DNA from: an uncultured Nitrososphaerota archaeon
GTDB taxonomy: Archaea; Thermoproteota; Nitrososphaeria; Nitrososphaerales; Gagatemarchaeaceae
Reading direction: 5' to 3'
Assembly: GCA_963718895.1 (NCBI GenBank)
Contig: CAVRAG010000007.1
Coordinates: forward strand, 160,001-224,000
DNA: 64,000 nucleotides
Part shown: piece after piece, positions 28,300 through 38,096 of the stretch
Layout: every line of letters starts with the position of its first letter
How positions within the stretch are numbered: the stretch's first letter is position 1
Made by a program: the position numbers and the translations under genes
The notes under the pieces: generated by a model
What the model was told of the DNA's origin: nothing
The model's input: only the letters and a program-made list of their open reading frames with translations
The model's database searches: none

Positions 28300-28381
28300 G
28301 TGGTTCGGTGACGAGCGACCCCTCCGAGATTATAGACCTTGCGCGGGGAGGGCCTCTGGCGGAGCGGGCGGGGACCAGCGG

Positions 28382-29467
28382 CTAGTCTGCGCGAAGAGGA
28401 GCGATACCAAGTCGCTTCGAGAGCGTTCCGAAGTAGGTCCATGTCTCCTCGTCGACGGGTATCCCCTCTCGGGATCGCATGGCCTTGGTGAGGAGTTCCG
28501 GTTCGCCGGGAAGGTAGACCTTCTTGAAACCCTCGGCCAGTCTTGAGCCGTGTATCCTGCGTGTCAATCTCTTGATGTCTCGGAGGTACTCGGGGTACTC
28601 CCGGAAGGCACCGATGTCTGTCGCCTGTATGTAGAACCCTCCCTGGAAGTACCGGCCCTTCCCTACGGACGAGAGGACGCCCCCGCCTAGGATGGCGGAG
28701 TAGACCTCGGAGGTGAACATGAGACCGTATCCCTTGTGCCCCCCGAAGGGCAGGAGGACCCCCTCCATCGCCCGCGATGGGTCTGTCGTCGGCTTCCCCT
28801 CGCGGTCGAGGGCCCAGCCGACGGGTATCGTCTTGCCGTCCCTGATGGCCAGGACGACCTTCTGGCCCGCGCCCGTCGTCGTCGCGACATCGAAGACAAT
28901 CCCGTCGCCCTCGTTGGGGAAAGCAAAGCAGAGAGGGTTGGTCCCGAAGACGGGGCTGGAACCGCCCCACGGTGCCGCGAGACGGCTCGAGTTGGTGAAG
29001 GCCATGGCGGCCATCTTCTGCCTCGCGACCATCAGGCCGTAATACGAGAGAGCACCGCAGTGGGTTAGGTTCACGAGCGAGACCGCGCCGACGCCGGTCT
29101 TCTTCGCCTTGCTGACGGCGAGCCTCGTGGCTCCGGAGGCGACGAAGGCACCTAACCCTCGGTCTCCGTCGATGACAGCGACGGACTGGGAGCTTCTCAG
29201 GACCTTCGGTCTGGGCCGCTTGTTGATGTCCCCGCTCCTGATTCCTTCGATATAGCGCTCGGCGAGGACGATCCCGTGGGTGTCGACGCCGCGGAGGCTC
29301 GTCGTGATGAGGAGGTCGACGACGGAGTCGGTCTGCGGCTTGGTCAGCCCCACCTTCGAGAAGGCCCGACGCAGGAAGAGCTCGAGCCTCTCGCGAGAGA
29401 CCCTCGTCTGCGAGTCCACGGCCCCGTTCGACCGGGCCGGGCGATTAATCCTTTTGGCCTCCTTCAT
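28382..29467 (-). CDS. Ldh_2 family (malate/L-sulfolactate/ureidoglycolate-type) oxidoreductase
   Basis: RGVDTHG, HCGAL, GTNP, DVAT, LPFGGHKGYGL, LPGEPE. Confidence 0.9.
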   Translation of the reverse strand: MKEAKRINRPARSNGAVDSQTRVSRERLELFLRRAFSKVGLTKPQTDSVVDLLITTSLRGVDTHGIVLAERYIEGIRSGDINKRPRPKVLRSSQSVAVIDGDRGLGAFVASGATRLAVSKAKKTGVGAVSLVNLTHCGALSYYGLMVARQKMAAMAFTNSSRLAAPWGGSSPVFGTNPLCFAFPNEGDGIVFDVATTTGAGQKVVLAIRDGKTIPVGWALDREGKPTTDPSRAMEGVLLPFGGHKGYGLMFTSEVYSAILGGGVLSSVGKGRYFQGGFYIQATDIGAFREYPEYLRDIKRLTRRIHGSRLAEGFKKVYLPGEPELLTKAMRSREGIPVDEETWTYFGTLSKRLGIAPLRAD

Positions 29468-30491
29468 TGGGTCAGCGTGATCTTCATGCTCTGACCCCGC
29501 TGCACTGCGAACCTGAAGGCCTCATCGGCCTCCCAGACCGAGAACCTGTGCGTTATGAGGGCGGAGGGATCTATGACGTTCCTTGAAATCAGGTTGATGA
29601 CGTGAGGGAACGTGTCATGGCCAGAGTGTCCGAGGCTGCCCACGAGCGATGTCCCGTGTCTCACGAGGCTGATCCTTCTATCGTCGAGGGTCGTTCGAGC
29701 ATCCCGATGAGTACACCGCGGCCCTTGAAGCGAAGGCAACCGATGAGCATGGGCAGGACCTTCTCGTTGGCCGAGCACTCTATCGCCATCTCCGCGCCGT
29801 AACCGCCGGTGAGGCCCTTCACCGCGCTCGCGGGATCAACCTCGGCCGGGTCCCGCACGTGGTCCGCCCCGGCACGCTTCGCCATCTCTCGCCGCCAAGC
29901 GTTGACCTCGAAGACGCAGACTTCCGCTCCTGCCGACTTTGCGAGCATCGTCGACAGCAGGCCGATCGGGCCCGCCCCGAAGACCGCGACGAAGTCTCCG
30001 GGCGAGATGCCGCCGCCCTGCACGAAGATCCCGTTGTAGGCCACGGAGGCTGGCTCGACGAGGGAACCGGCCTCGTAGGAGACGGAGCCCGGGAGCGCGT
30101 GGACGTATCTCTGGTTGACCTTCACTAGCTCTGCCAAGGCCCCGGGGGCGGTGAATCCGAGCTCTCCGAGGTTCTCGCAGAAGTTGGGGTAGCCGGCCTT
30201 GCAGGGTCGACAGAACCCGCACCACTGAACCTCTTCGGCCGTCACCGTGTCCCCGACCTTGAGCTTGGTTACCCGAGGGCCAAGTTCGACGATGTCGCCC
30301 GAGAACTCGTGCCCCATCACCACGGGCAGTCTCGAGAGCCTGGTGTAGACCCCGCGACACATGTCGATGTCCGACCCGCAGATGCCGACGGCCCTCGGAC
30401 GGATCAGGACGTCGTCCTGACCGAGTTCCGGACGGGGGAGGCCTTCTATCGAGAGCTCGGCCAGACCCTTGAGAAGGACGGCTCTTGACAA
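29464..30491 (-). CDS. Zn-dependent dehydrogenase resembling scyllo-inosose 3-dehydrogenase (IolM); frameshift near 29675
   Basis: TAEEVQWCGFCRPC, ELGFT, SLVEPASVAYNG...GGGISPG; C-terminal frame GSLGHSGHDTFPHVINLI. Confidence 0.8.
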
Positions 30492-30552
30492 CGCGGCGCA
30501 TCACTCCTCGGTGGTCTAAAACGATTGTGTCGGAGACGGACGAGAGAGCGCC

Positions 30553-31290
30553 TCACTTCGGCGAATAGGCCTTCGAGAGGGTTAGCTGGGACTTGTCGTG
30601 GGAGAAGATCCAGTCGGCGTTCCTGATCTCGAGGAGCTTCTTCATCGAGTCGATCGCCATCCCCCTGTCGCACCCCGTCATCGCGACACGCCCCGTCAGG
30701 TTCTTCTTCAGCGGCGCCACGTCCCCTGAGTAGACCAGGTTCCTCCTGCCCATCGAGACGACGACCGACTGGTGGCCCGTCGTGTGGCCGGGCGTCGGGA
30801 TGACGAGCACCTCTTCGGAGAGGCGATACTCTCCCTTGGTCTCGTTCACGCTCTTCAGCTTGTCGTAGTTCTCGGGGATGTAGGCGGTCTGGTTGGGGTC
30901 GTCGCCGATCGACCTGTCTATGAAGCCGAACTCGCTCTTCGAGATGTAGAACTGTGCGTTCGTGAACAGGTTGTTGCCTCCGCTGTGGGCGTTGTGGAGG
31001 TGTGTGTTCACTACGGCGGTGATCTCCTCCGGCCTTATCCCCAATCTCGCGAGCCCGACCTTCATACCCTGCGCCTTCGTCCGCGTTATCGTCTGGACGC
31101 GCCTGATCGCGTCGAACTTCGGGTCCTCGGGGACGGACCCTATGCCGGTGTCCACAAGGATCTTGTCCTTCCCCGTCTCGATCAATAGGCTCTTTGCAAC
31201 CGCCGAGTACATCGACGGCGCGCCCTCGGGAAGGAAGATGCGCCTGTCTGCCACGAAGCCTCCGTCGACTATGAGGTGGAGTCTTGCCAT
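30553..31290 (-). CDS. Metallo-beta-lactamase fold hydrolase (N-acyl-homoserine lactonase family)
   Basis: ILVDTG, THLHNAHSGG, TPGHTTGH, SGD, SHD. Confidence 0.85.
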   Translation of the reverse strand: MARLHLIVDGGFVADRRIFLPEGAPSMYSAVAKSLLIETGKDKILVDTGIGSVPEDPKFDAIRRVQTITRTKAQGMKVGLARLGIRPEEITAVVNTHLHNAHSGGNNLFTNAQFYISKSEFGFIDRSIGDDPNQTAYIPENYDKLKSVNETKGEYRLSEEVLVIPTPGHTTGHQSVVVSMGRRNLVYSGDVAPLKKNLTGRVAMTGCDRGMAIDSMKKLLEIRNADWIFSHDKSQLTLSKAYSPK

Positions 31291-31308
31291 CTGGTCGCTA
31301 CACCCCGC

Positions 31309-32544
31309 TCACGGGACGGCGTACGGACCGGTCTCCCTCTTCGGGGTGAGTTCGCTCAGCCCCTTCTTGGTTATCTGGAAGGTCCTCTCCACCTGGTAGG
31401 CACCCACTCCCCGGACGTCCATGGGCGTCTCTATGTTGATGACCATGCCCTCCTCGAACGGGATGTCGATGCCTACGTCCACTATCTCGTCTGATATCGT
31501 CTTGTGGTCGCTGTAGTTGATGACCGGATGCTCACGCGTCTGGAGGCCTATGGCGTGGCCTTGGTATCCGACGCCCTTCATCCTGTGCTTCTCGTAGGAC
31601 TTGCCGAAGGCCTTGAGGACCGCGGACGGTCTCTTGCCCGGCGCGAGCAGGTCGAGGTGGGACTCGAAGATCTCCCAGAGGGTCCGGTGGGTCTTCTCCG
31701 CCTCCGGATTGCTCCCGAAGACGACCGTCATCCCGGTGTCCGAGTAGTACTGTTTGTAGATCACACCGCAGTCGATCATGGTGAAGTCTCCCGCACGGAA
31801 CTTGAAACGCGGGGAGCTCGATATCCCGAACCCCCGGGGGTTGTAGATGTAGTGGTCCGGTATCGCGCCATGGCGCGCGACCTCCGAGAGGTACGCCTGG
31901 CTCATCTCCCCCGCCGTGGCCTCTTCTCCGGCGGCCTTGACGCTCCGTTTCAGTCCCTTCTCTGTAATCTCAGCTGCGGTCCTCATCCTCGAGACCTCCT
32001 CGGAGGTCTTGACCATCCTGACCAGCCTGATGAACTCGGTCGCGTCGAGCCATTCCACCCTGTCCATCTTCTTGCGCACGTGCTTTCGCGAGGCCTTTGT
32101 CATGTTCGAGAACTCTATCCCTACCTTTCCCTTCTTGACTCCGCAGTCCTGCAGGGCCGCCAGGAGCGCCTCCTGGGGCGTCGTCTTTGCGGACCTAACC
32201 GCATCGCGGAGCAGGGAGAGGTTCTTCAGCTCGCCGGGTTTCTTGGCGGGAAGCCTCGCCCCCACGCCTCCATAGGTGCGCCGCCCTATGCCCGAGAGCT
32301 CGTCAGTGAACTGGACGCTCCCGGTGCTCGTCACGAGCACGGGGTCGTGGTCGGGAGCATAGACCGCATAGGACTGGAGGAGCGTGTTTGAGGCGCCCGG
32401 GGTGGCCATGTTCTCACGGAAGTCCCGGTATTGCCAGCAGTCGAAGTCCGTGAAGTAGGCCACGCTGAACGGTGTCGTCCCGACGACGGCAGCGAGATCG
32501 TACTCCTTGAGGTACTCTGTAGCACGCTTCCGGTTGTAGAGCAT
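31309..32544 (-). CDS. M24 family (Xaa-Pro peptidase/creatinase-like) hydrolase
   Basis: RMVKTSEE, IDCG...YYSD, GHAIG, EHP, NIETP, VERT. Confidence 0.88.
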   Translation of the reverse strand: MLYNRKRATEYLKEYDLAAVVGTTPFSVAYFTDFDCWQYRDFRENMATPGASNTLLQSYAVYAPDHDPVLVTSTGSVQFTDELSGIGRRTYGGVGARLPAKKPGELKNLSLLRDAVRSAKTTPQEALLAALQDCGVKKGKVGIEFSNMTKASRKHVRKKMDRVEWLDATEFIRLVRMVKTSEEVSRMRTAAEITEKGLKRSVKAAGEEATAGEMSQAYLSEVARHGAIPDHYIYNPRGFGISSSPRFKFRAGDFTMIDCGVIYKQYYSDTGMTVVFGSNPEAEKTHRTLWEIFESHLDLLAPGKRPSAVLKAFGKSYEKHRMKGVGYQGHAIGLQTREHPVINYSDHKTISDEIVDVGIDIPFEEGMVINIETPMDVRGVGAYQVERTFQITKKGLSELTPKRETGPYAVP

Positions 32545-32603
32545 CTAGGGGTCTCTCTTTCGTTCCACCGGATATAAGTCTACAAGAGCGCGATGGGTGC
32601 CTC

Positions 32604-34078
32604 TCACCACTTCGAGATCGTGATCTTCTTGTCGGTGAAGAACTCGACCGTGTCTATCTGGGCGTGCAGGACCCCGTAGAAGGAGTCTCTGCGCCCGCCG
32701 AACGGATAGTAGGCGGACGGCGCCGCGACGCCGATGTTGACTCCGATGTTGCCCGCGTCGACCCTCCTCCTGAACTCCCGGGCGCTCTTCCCGCTCGAGG
32801 TGTATATGCAGCCCATGTTTCCGAAGTTGGTCGACCGATTCATGATCTCGATCGCCTGGTCTAGCGTCCCGCGCTCATCACGCTCGCGATAGGACCGAAG
32901 ACCTCTTCGCGCGCGATGCGCATCTCGGGCGTCACATCGTCGAAGACCGTCGCTCCCAGGTAGAACCCGTCCGGGTGCTCGAGGATCTTGAGTCCCCTCC
33001 CGTCGGCTACCGTTCTCGCTCCTTCACCCACTCCCGTCTCGACGTAGTCGGAGACCCGCTTGCGTGCCTTCTCGGTCACGAGCGGCCCCATCTGGACCCC
33101 GCTCTCGAGCCCGTACCCGACCTTCAGGGCCAGTGCCGTCTTGGTGAACTTGCTGAGCAGCGGGTCGTGGACGTCTCCCACAGCAATCAAGTTCGCCCCC
33201 GCCAGACATCGCTGTCCCGTGTTCCCAAAGAAGGACGAGACCAGGTTGGACATCGAGCCGTCGAGGTCGGCGTCCGGCATCACGAGGACGCTGTTCTTCG
33301 CGCCGCCGTTGGCGATGGCCCTCTTGCCGTGCTCGCCCGCCATGCGGTAGATCTGCCTTGCGACGGGCGTGGATCCCACGAACGTCACCCCCTTGACGTC
33401 CCGGTTCGCGATGAGCCTCTCGACCACCTGCCTCCCTCCGTGGACCATGTTGACCACTCCAGGAGGTAGCCCGACCTCGTCCTGGATCAGCTCGGCGACA
33501 CGCTGCATCGGGACAGGGGTCAGCTCGCTGGGCTTGACCACGATTGTGTCGCCGAGGACGAGTGCGTAGGGGATGAACCAGAACGGGACCATCAGGGGAA
33601 AGTTGAAGGGACAGACGATGGTGAAGACCCCGAGGGGCTCCTTCGACATGCTCACGTCAATGCCCTGGGCAATCTGGTCCAGCGTGTCGCCCTTCGCCAG
33701 GGTGTATGCGGCCGCGATGGCCACGTCGACGTTCTCGATGCACCTCTTGAGTTCGCCCCGGCTCTCCTCCAGGGTCTTCCCGTGATTCTGGGTGTTTACC
33801 GTCGCGAGCTCTTCCGTCCTTCGCTCGAGGACGTCCTTGAGCTTGTACAGGTACTTGACCCGTTCCAGTATCGAGACGTCCCTCCACTTCTCGAACGCGG
33901 CCTGGGCCGCCGTGACGGCCCTGTCAGCCTCCTCTGCCAGTGCGAAAGGGACCAGCGCCAGAGGGGCGCCCTTGCCTGGGTCGAAGGCCTGGCCGAGCTC
34001 CGACGACTCGGATTCCACCCACTCCCCACCTACCAGGAGCTTGAGCTTGCCGTAGTCTGCCCGCGGTTCTCTCAACAT
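32604..34078 (-). CDS. mmsA: CoA-acylating (methyl)malonate-semialdehyde dehydrogenase; frameshift near 32865
   Basis: PFNFPLMVPFW, KPSE, FVGST, GGAKN, GQRCLA, EEVFGP, GNIGVNIGVAAP. Confidence 0.88.
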
Positions 34079-34136
34079 CGTAATGCACCACGTGGGGCGT
34101 CGGTCCTCTAAAAGAATTTGCCCCCGCCCTGGCGGG

Positions 34137-35407
34137 TCACCTGAGGTAGCACGCGCGAAGCCCTCGATGTCCAGCTCTATCGCCGGGGGACGTCCCCAGG
34201 CGGCAATCGTCGCGTCGGGCTGGTTGGACCCTGAGCCGGTCGCGAACAGGACCACCGACTCGTCCGCGCCCACTGTGCCGTCGGCGACGAGCCTCCCGAG
34301 AGCGGCGAGAGGAGCAGCCGAGGAGGGTTCGAGATAGAGCCCCTCCAGGCGGGAGAGCGACTTCATCGACTCCAGGAGCTCCTCGTCGCTCACGCCGATG
34401 GCGAGACCCCCAGAGTCGCGGATGGCGGTCAGAGCCTGGTCCCCGTCTGGGGCCCAGCTGTCCAGGATGCTGTGCGCGATGGTCCTCGGGTTCTCGACAA
34501 CGGGGATCTGGTCGGCGGGCAGCCCGCGCTGGAAGGCCTCGACGACCGGCGCGCAGTCCCTGCCCTGGACCCCGACGAGCCGGGGGAACTTCTCTATGAG
34601 GCCCAAGAGCTTGAGCTCCCTGAGCCCCTTGTAGATTCCCGCGAGGTTCCCACCCCCTCCTATCGGGACGAACATCCAGTCGGGGAGGGACCCGCCCAGC
34701 TGCTCGTAGACCTCGAAGACCGAGGTCTTCGCCCCCTCTTTCACGTAGGGGTTGTACCGTGAGGCGGCGGTCAGGTTGACCATGCCGTAGCGCTTGGCGA
34801 GTCCGTCGACGAATGTAATCAGCTCCTTCGTCGGGGCGGTCGTCCTGAAGACCTTCGCGCCATAGGAGAGCAGCTTCGCCAGCTTCGAGTCCGACATCCC
34901 CTCGATGGTGAAGATGTAGGCTGGTATACCGGCCCTGCTCGCATACGCCGCGACGGATGAGCCTGCGTTGCCCGCCGTCATGTTGACGACTCCGGTGGCT
35001 CCGAACTCCGCGGCCTTGGTCACCGCGACGCTGGACTTCCTATCCTTGAACGACAGGGTCGGGTTCCGGCTGTCGTCCTTCACGAAGACCCTCTCGAGGT
35101 CCATCGCCTCTGAGATCCTCGACGCCCTCACGAGAGGCGTGGCCCCCTCGCCGAGGGTGATGATCCTGGAGCCTGCGTTCAGGGGAAGCAGGGGCGAGTA
35201 CCGCCAGACACCGGCTCTCGTCGCCTCCACCGGCAGCCCCCGGTGCGCGCTCCTCAGCGACTCGTACTCATAGACGGCCTCAAGGGGACCCCCGCAGTTC
35301 TCGCAGACCAGGTTGTGGGAGTCTGATGGGAACTCGCAGGCGTGGGGCATGCACCTCAGGATGAAAGACGAAGCCACGGTCTCGATACTCCTGGAGCGAC
35401 CATCCAC
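34137..35407 (-). CDS. Threonine synthase-like PLP enzyme
   Basis: N-terminal Zn finger, TLGEGATPL, NPTLSFKDR, TAGNAG, EGAKT, PIGGGGN, EPSSA; probable stop TGA 34137 after an indel. Confidence 0.85.
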
Positions 35408-35416
35408 GCCCTGGGG

Positions 35417-36517
35417 TCAGCGCACCTGCTTCAGGACGCTGCCGAGCGCCGAGAGCGTCAGCTCGATGTTCTCGTGCCTGGCGGAGCGGCCCATGTGGCC
35501 CACACGGAGGATCTTGCCCCTCAATGGTCCGAGGCCACCCGCGATCATGATGTTGTAGTCCCTGACGAGCCGGCTGCGAAGCTCCCCGTCCCACTTCGGG
35601 TCGACCCTCGCGACGCTGACAGTGTTCGAGTAGTACTTGGGGTCGGTGAAGATCTCCATCCCAAGCTCCTGAAGGCCCGTCCTGAGCTCCTTCGCAGCGT
35701 CGGCGTGCCTCTTGTACCTCTTGTCGAGACCCTCCTCGAGCGCCATCGAGACGGCCTTTCTCAGCGCCATGATCAGGGAGGTCGGCATCGAGGTGGGATG
35801 AGGATGGCCCCAAGAGGAGTCGACGTCGATGGCCTCCCGCCAGGAGTTCAGGTCGAGGAACGTGCTGTGGATCTTGCCCTTCCTCCTCGCCGCGGCCTCC
35901 CAGACGTCCTTGGAGATGGCCACGGGATCTGCCCCGTTAACACCTCCCAGGGCCTTGCTGGAGTACCCGATCGAGTAGTCCACGCTCCAATCGTCGGTCC
36001 GGAGCTCCATCCCCCCGATCGCGGAGATAGCGTCGAGGACCGTGAACATACCCTTCCTCTTGCAGTACCGGAAAATCTCACCCGGGTTGACGGCCGCGCC
36101 GGTGGATGTCTCGTTCTGCACGAGGAAGATGCTCTTCCCGGCGAGGTCCTTCACCCCGTCGAGTGCGGACTTCACCTGTTCGAGCGTCGGTCCGGTCCCT
36201 AGGTCTGATTTGATCGCTATCGCCTTGCCGCCGACGGCGGTGATGGCCTCGACTATGGCGCTCGAGAAGACGCCGTTGACGCACACGAAAGCCTCGTCGC
36301 CCTTCGACACGAGGTTGACGGCCGCCATCTCGACCGCCAGCTGACCTGGGATGGGGACTATGATCACCTCGTTCTTGGTCCCGAAGACCTTCTGCAGCAT
36401 CGAGAGCGTCTCTTCGTAGGCCGACATCCACTTCTCGCCGTAGTGGGGCAGTATGGGGAGCGAGAGCTCGGCAAGAACCTCTGGCTCCGGTTCCGAAGGT
36501 CCGGGAATCATTAACAA
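35417..36517 (-). CDS. Class V aminotransferase (alanine/serine--glyoxylate type)
   Basis: LMIPGP, NETSTG, DAISAIGG, SSKAL, RVGHMG. Confidence 0.9.
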   Translation of the reverse strand: MLMIPGPSEPEPEVLAELSLPILPHYGEKWMSAYEETLSMLQKVFGTKNEVIIVPIPGQLAVEMAAVNLVSKGDEAFVCVNGVFSSAIVEAITAVGGKAIAIKSDLGTGPTLEQVKSALDGVKDLAGKSIFLVQNETSTGAAVNPGEIFRYCKRKGMFTVLDAISAIGGMELRTDDWSVDYSIGYSSKALGGVNGADPVAISKDVWEAAARRKGKIHSTFLDLNSWREAIDVDSSWGHPHPTSMPTSLIMALRKAVSMALEEGLDKRYKRHADAAKELRTGLQELGMEIFTDPKYYSNTVSVARVDPKWDGELRSRLVRDYNIMIAGGLGPLRGKILRVGHMGRSARHENIELTLSALGSVLKQVR

Positions 36518-36709
36518 GTTGGGTTACCTCGCCCGACCGGCCCCCGACGTTATTTAAGTTTGGGAGGTCCGTCCGGGACTGGTGACTTGTGCGGAGCGGG
36601 AAGGTGACCCCTTCCGTCTCCAGCGAGTTACCAGCGGGACTAACGGCGCTTGGAAACCGCGAGTTGGAGCGGAACAAGACAAGCGGCTGACGATAATCCA
36701 GAACACAAG

Positions 36710-36871
36710 TCATTCCGAAAAGAATTCGACAGAGGAGGGATTCTGTTTGAACCGTCTCATCACTGACAAAGGGGTAATTGCAATGCCAATGGCAATCAGC
36801 AAGACTCCGAGAAGGAGAAGCGGTTCGTACGCGGGCGGAGCCGCGCTAAAACACTCCAGCCAGGTTACCAG
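36710..36871 (-). CDS. Possible small membrane protein (53 aa)
   Basis: CTG start after GGAGG; hydrophobic PLLLLGVLLIAIGIAITPL; TATA-like ATTTTAG about 25 nt upstream; AT-richer codons than the host. Confidence 0.3.
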   Translation of the reverse strand: MVTWLECFSAAPPAYEPLLLLGVLLIAIGIAITPLSVMRRFKQNPSSVEFFSE

Positions 36872-36925
36872 AACCTCCGTCCGGCTCTCAACTCTAAAAT
36901 AGCGGGAAGATGCGAAGGAACATTG

Positions 36926-37087
36926 TTGTCAGATGAGGATGAAGAGGAGAAGAGACCTTCGGTTAGGTTGAACTTGAGGGACTACATCGCTCTATTCTTC
37001 GCCGCGCTCGAGACGGTCGGGCTGCCCCTCCTGGTCTTCATCTTCGTCGTCGCCCTCGTGATCGTGCTCTCCAAGGTCCTCAAGTAG
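36926..37087 (+). CDS. Small membrane protein (53 aa) convergent on the Opp operon
   Basis: MSDEDEEEKRPSVRLNLRDYIALFFAALETVGLPLLVFIFVVALVIVLSKVLK*; below the ORF-track size cutoff; host-like codons. Confidence 0.65.
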   Translation: MSDEDEEEKRPSVRLNLRDYIALFFAALETVGLPLLVFIFVVALVIVLSKVLK

Positions 37088-38096
37088 CCCGCACCTCGGT
37101 CTTGGACCCCGTCTTGAAGTCGATGTCATAGAGGCATTCGGCCCCGTGGTCCGGACCGAACCCGTGGAGCGGGGGGGAGATCGTCGCGCACTTCTCTGTT
37201 GAGTACGCACACCTCGCACGGAACCTGCACCCCGGCGGTATGTTCACCGGGCTCGGCACATCGCCTTCGAGCGCGGCGAGGTCCGTCCTCTTCGAGGGGT
37301 CCGGGAGGGGGACCGAGGCCAGCAGCGCCTTGGTGTACGGGTGTCTCGGATTGTCGAAGAGCGCCTCGGTGGGAGCGACCTCGACGACCCTGCCGAGGTA
37401 CATGACGGCGGTCCTGTGGCAGATCTGCCTCACCACGGCGAGGTTGTGCGAGACGAACATGTAGGTCAGGTCCAGCTCGGTCTGGAGCTTCTGGAGGAGC
37501 GAGAGTATCTGGGCCTGGACGGAGACGTCAAGCGCTGAGGTGGGTTCGTCGAGCGCGATGAACTCGGGGTTGACCGCTAGGGCCCGGGCAATCGCAATCC
37601 TCTGCCTCTGCCCGCCCGAGAACTCGTGGGGGAATCGTGCGAGGTGGTCCGGGTTGAGCCCGACTATCTCCACCAGCTTCTCGACCGCCCGATTCCTGTC
37701 ATCGCCCGAATTTTGGATATGGTGTATCCCCATCGGCTCCATCAGTGCGGACCTCACGCTCTGCCTCGGGTCCAGCGAGGCGTAGGGGTCCTGGAACACC
37801 ATCTGCATCCTCCGCCTGAACGGTTTCAGCCCCCTCCCCTTGAGTTTCGATATGTCGGTGCCGTCGAAGGTCACGCGGCCGGACGACGGGCTGACGAGGC
37901 GCATCACCGTCCGGCTGAGCGTCGTCTTCCCGCAACCGGACTCGCCGACGATCCCGAGCGTCTCACCCTTCTTGATGGCAATCGAGACCCCGTCCACGGC
38001 GCGGACGTGCCCCAAAGTCCTGCCGAGGAGCCCTCCCCTTATTGGGAACCACTTGAAGAGGTCGTCGGTCTTCAGCAGGTACTCGTCGTCGCTCAT
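37080..38096 (-). CDS. oppF: Oligopeptide/dipeptide ABC ATP-binding protein (OppF-like)
   Basis: GESGCGKTT, FQDPYASL, FSGGQRQR, HPYT, GCRF. Confidence 0.92.
   Translation of the reverse strand: MSDDEYLLKTDDLFKWFPIRGGLLGRTLGHVRAVDGVSIAIKKGETLGIVGESGCGKTTLSRTVMRLVSPSSGRVTFDGTDISKLKGRGLKPFRRRMQMVFQDPYASLDPRQSVRSALMEPMGIHHIQNSGDDRNRAVEKLVEIVGLNPDHLARFPHEFSGGQRQRIAIARALAVNPEFIALDEPTSALDVSVQAQILSLLQKLQTELDLTYMFVSHNLAVVRQICHRTAVMYLGRVVEVAPTEALFDNPRHPYTKALLASVPLPDPSKRTDLAALEGDVPSPVNIPPGCRFRARCAYSTEKCATISPPLHGFGPDHGAECLYDIDFKTGSKTEVRAT

Noticed and set aside
32861-35407. Apparent 848-aa threonine synthase-aldehyde dehydrogenase fusion
   Set aside because: A shifted frame gives a natural ThrC end (...YLR*, TGA 34137), followed by a TATA-like element and the mmsA start. 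An indel artefact is more likely than a real fusion.
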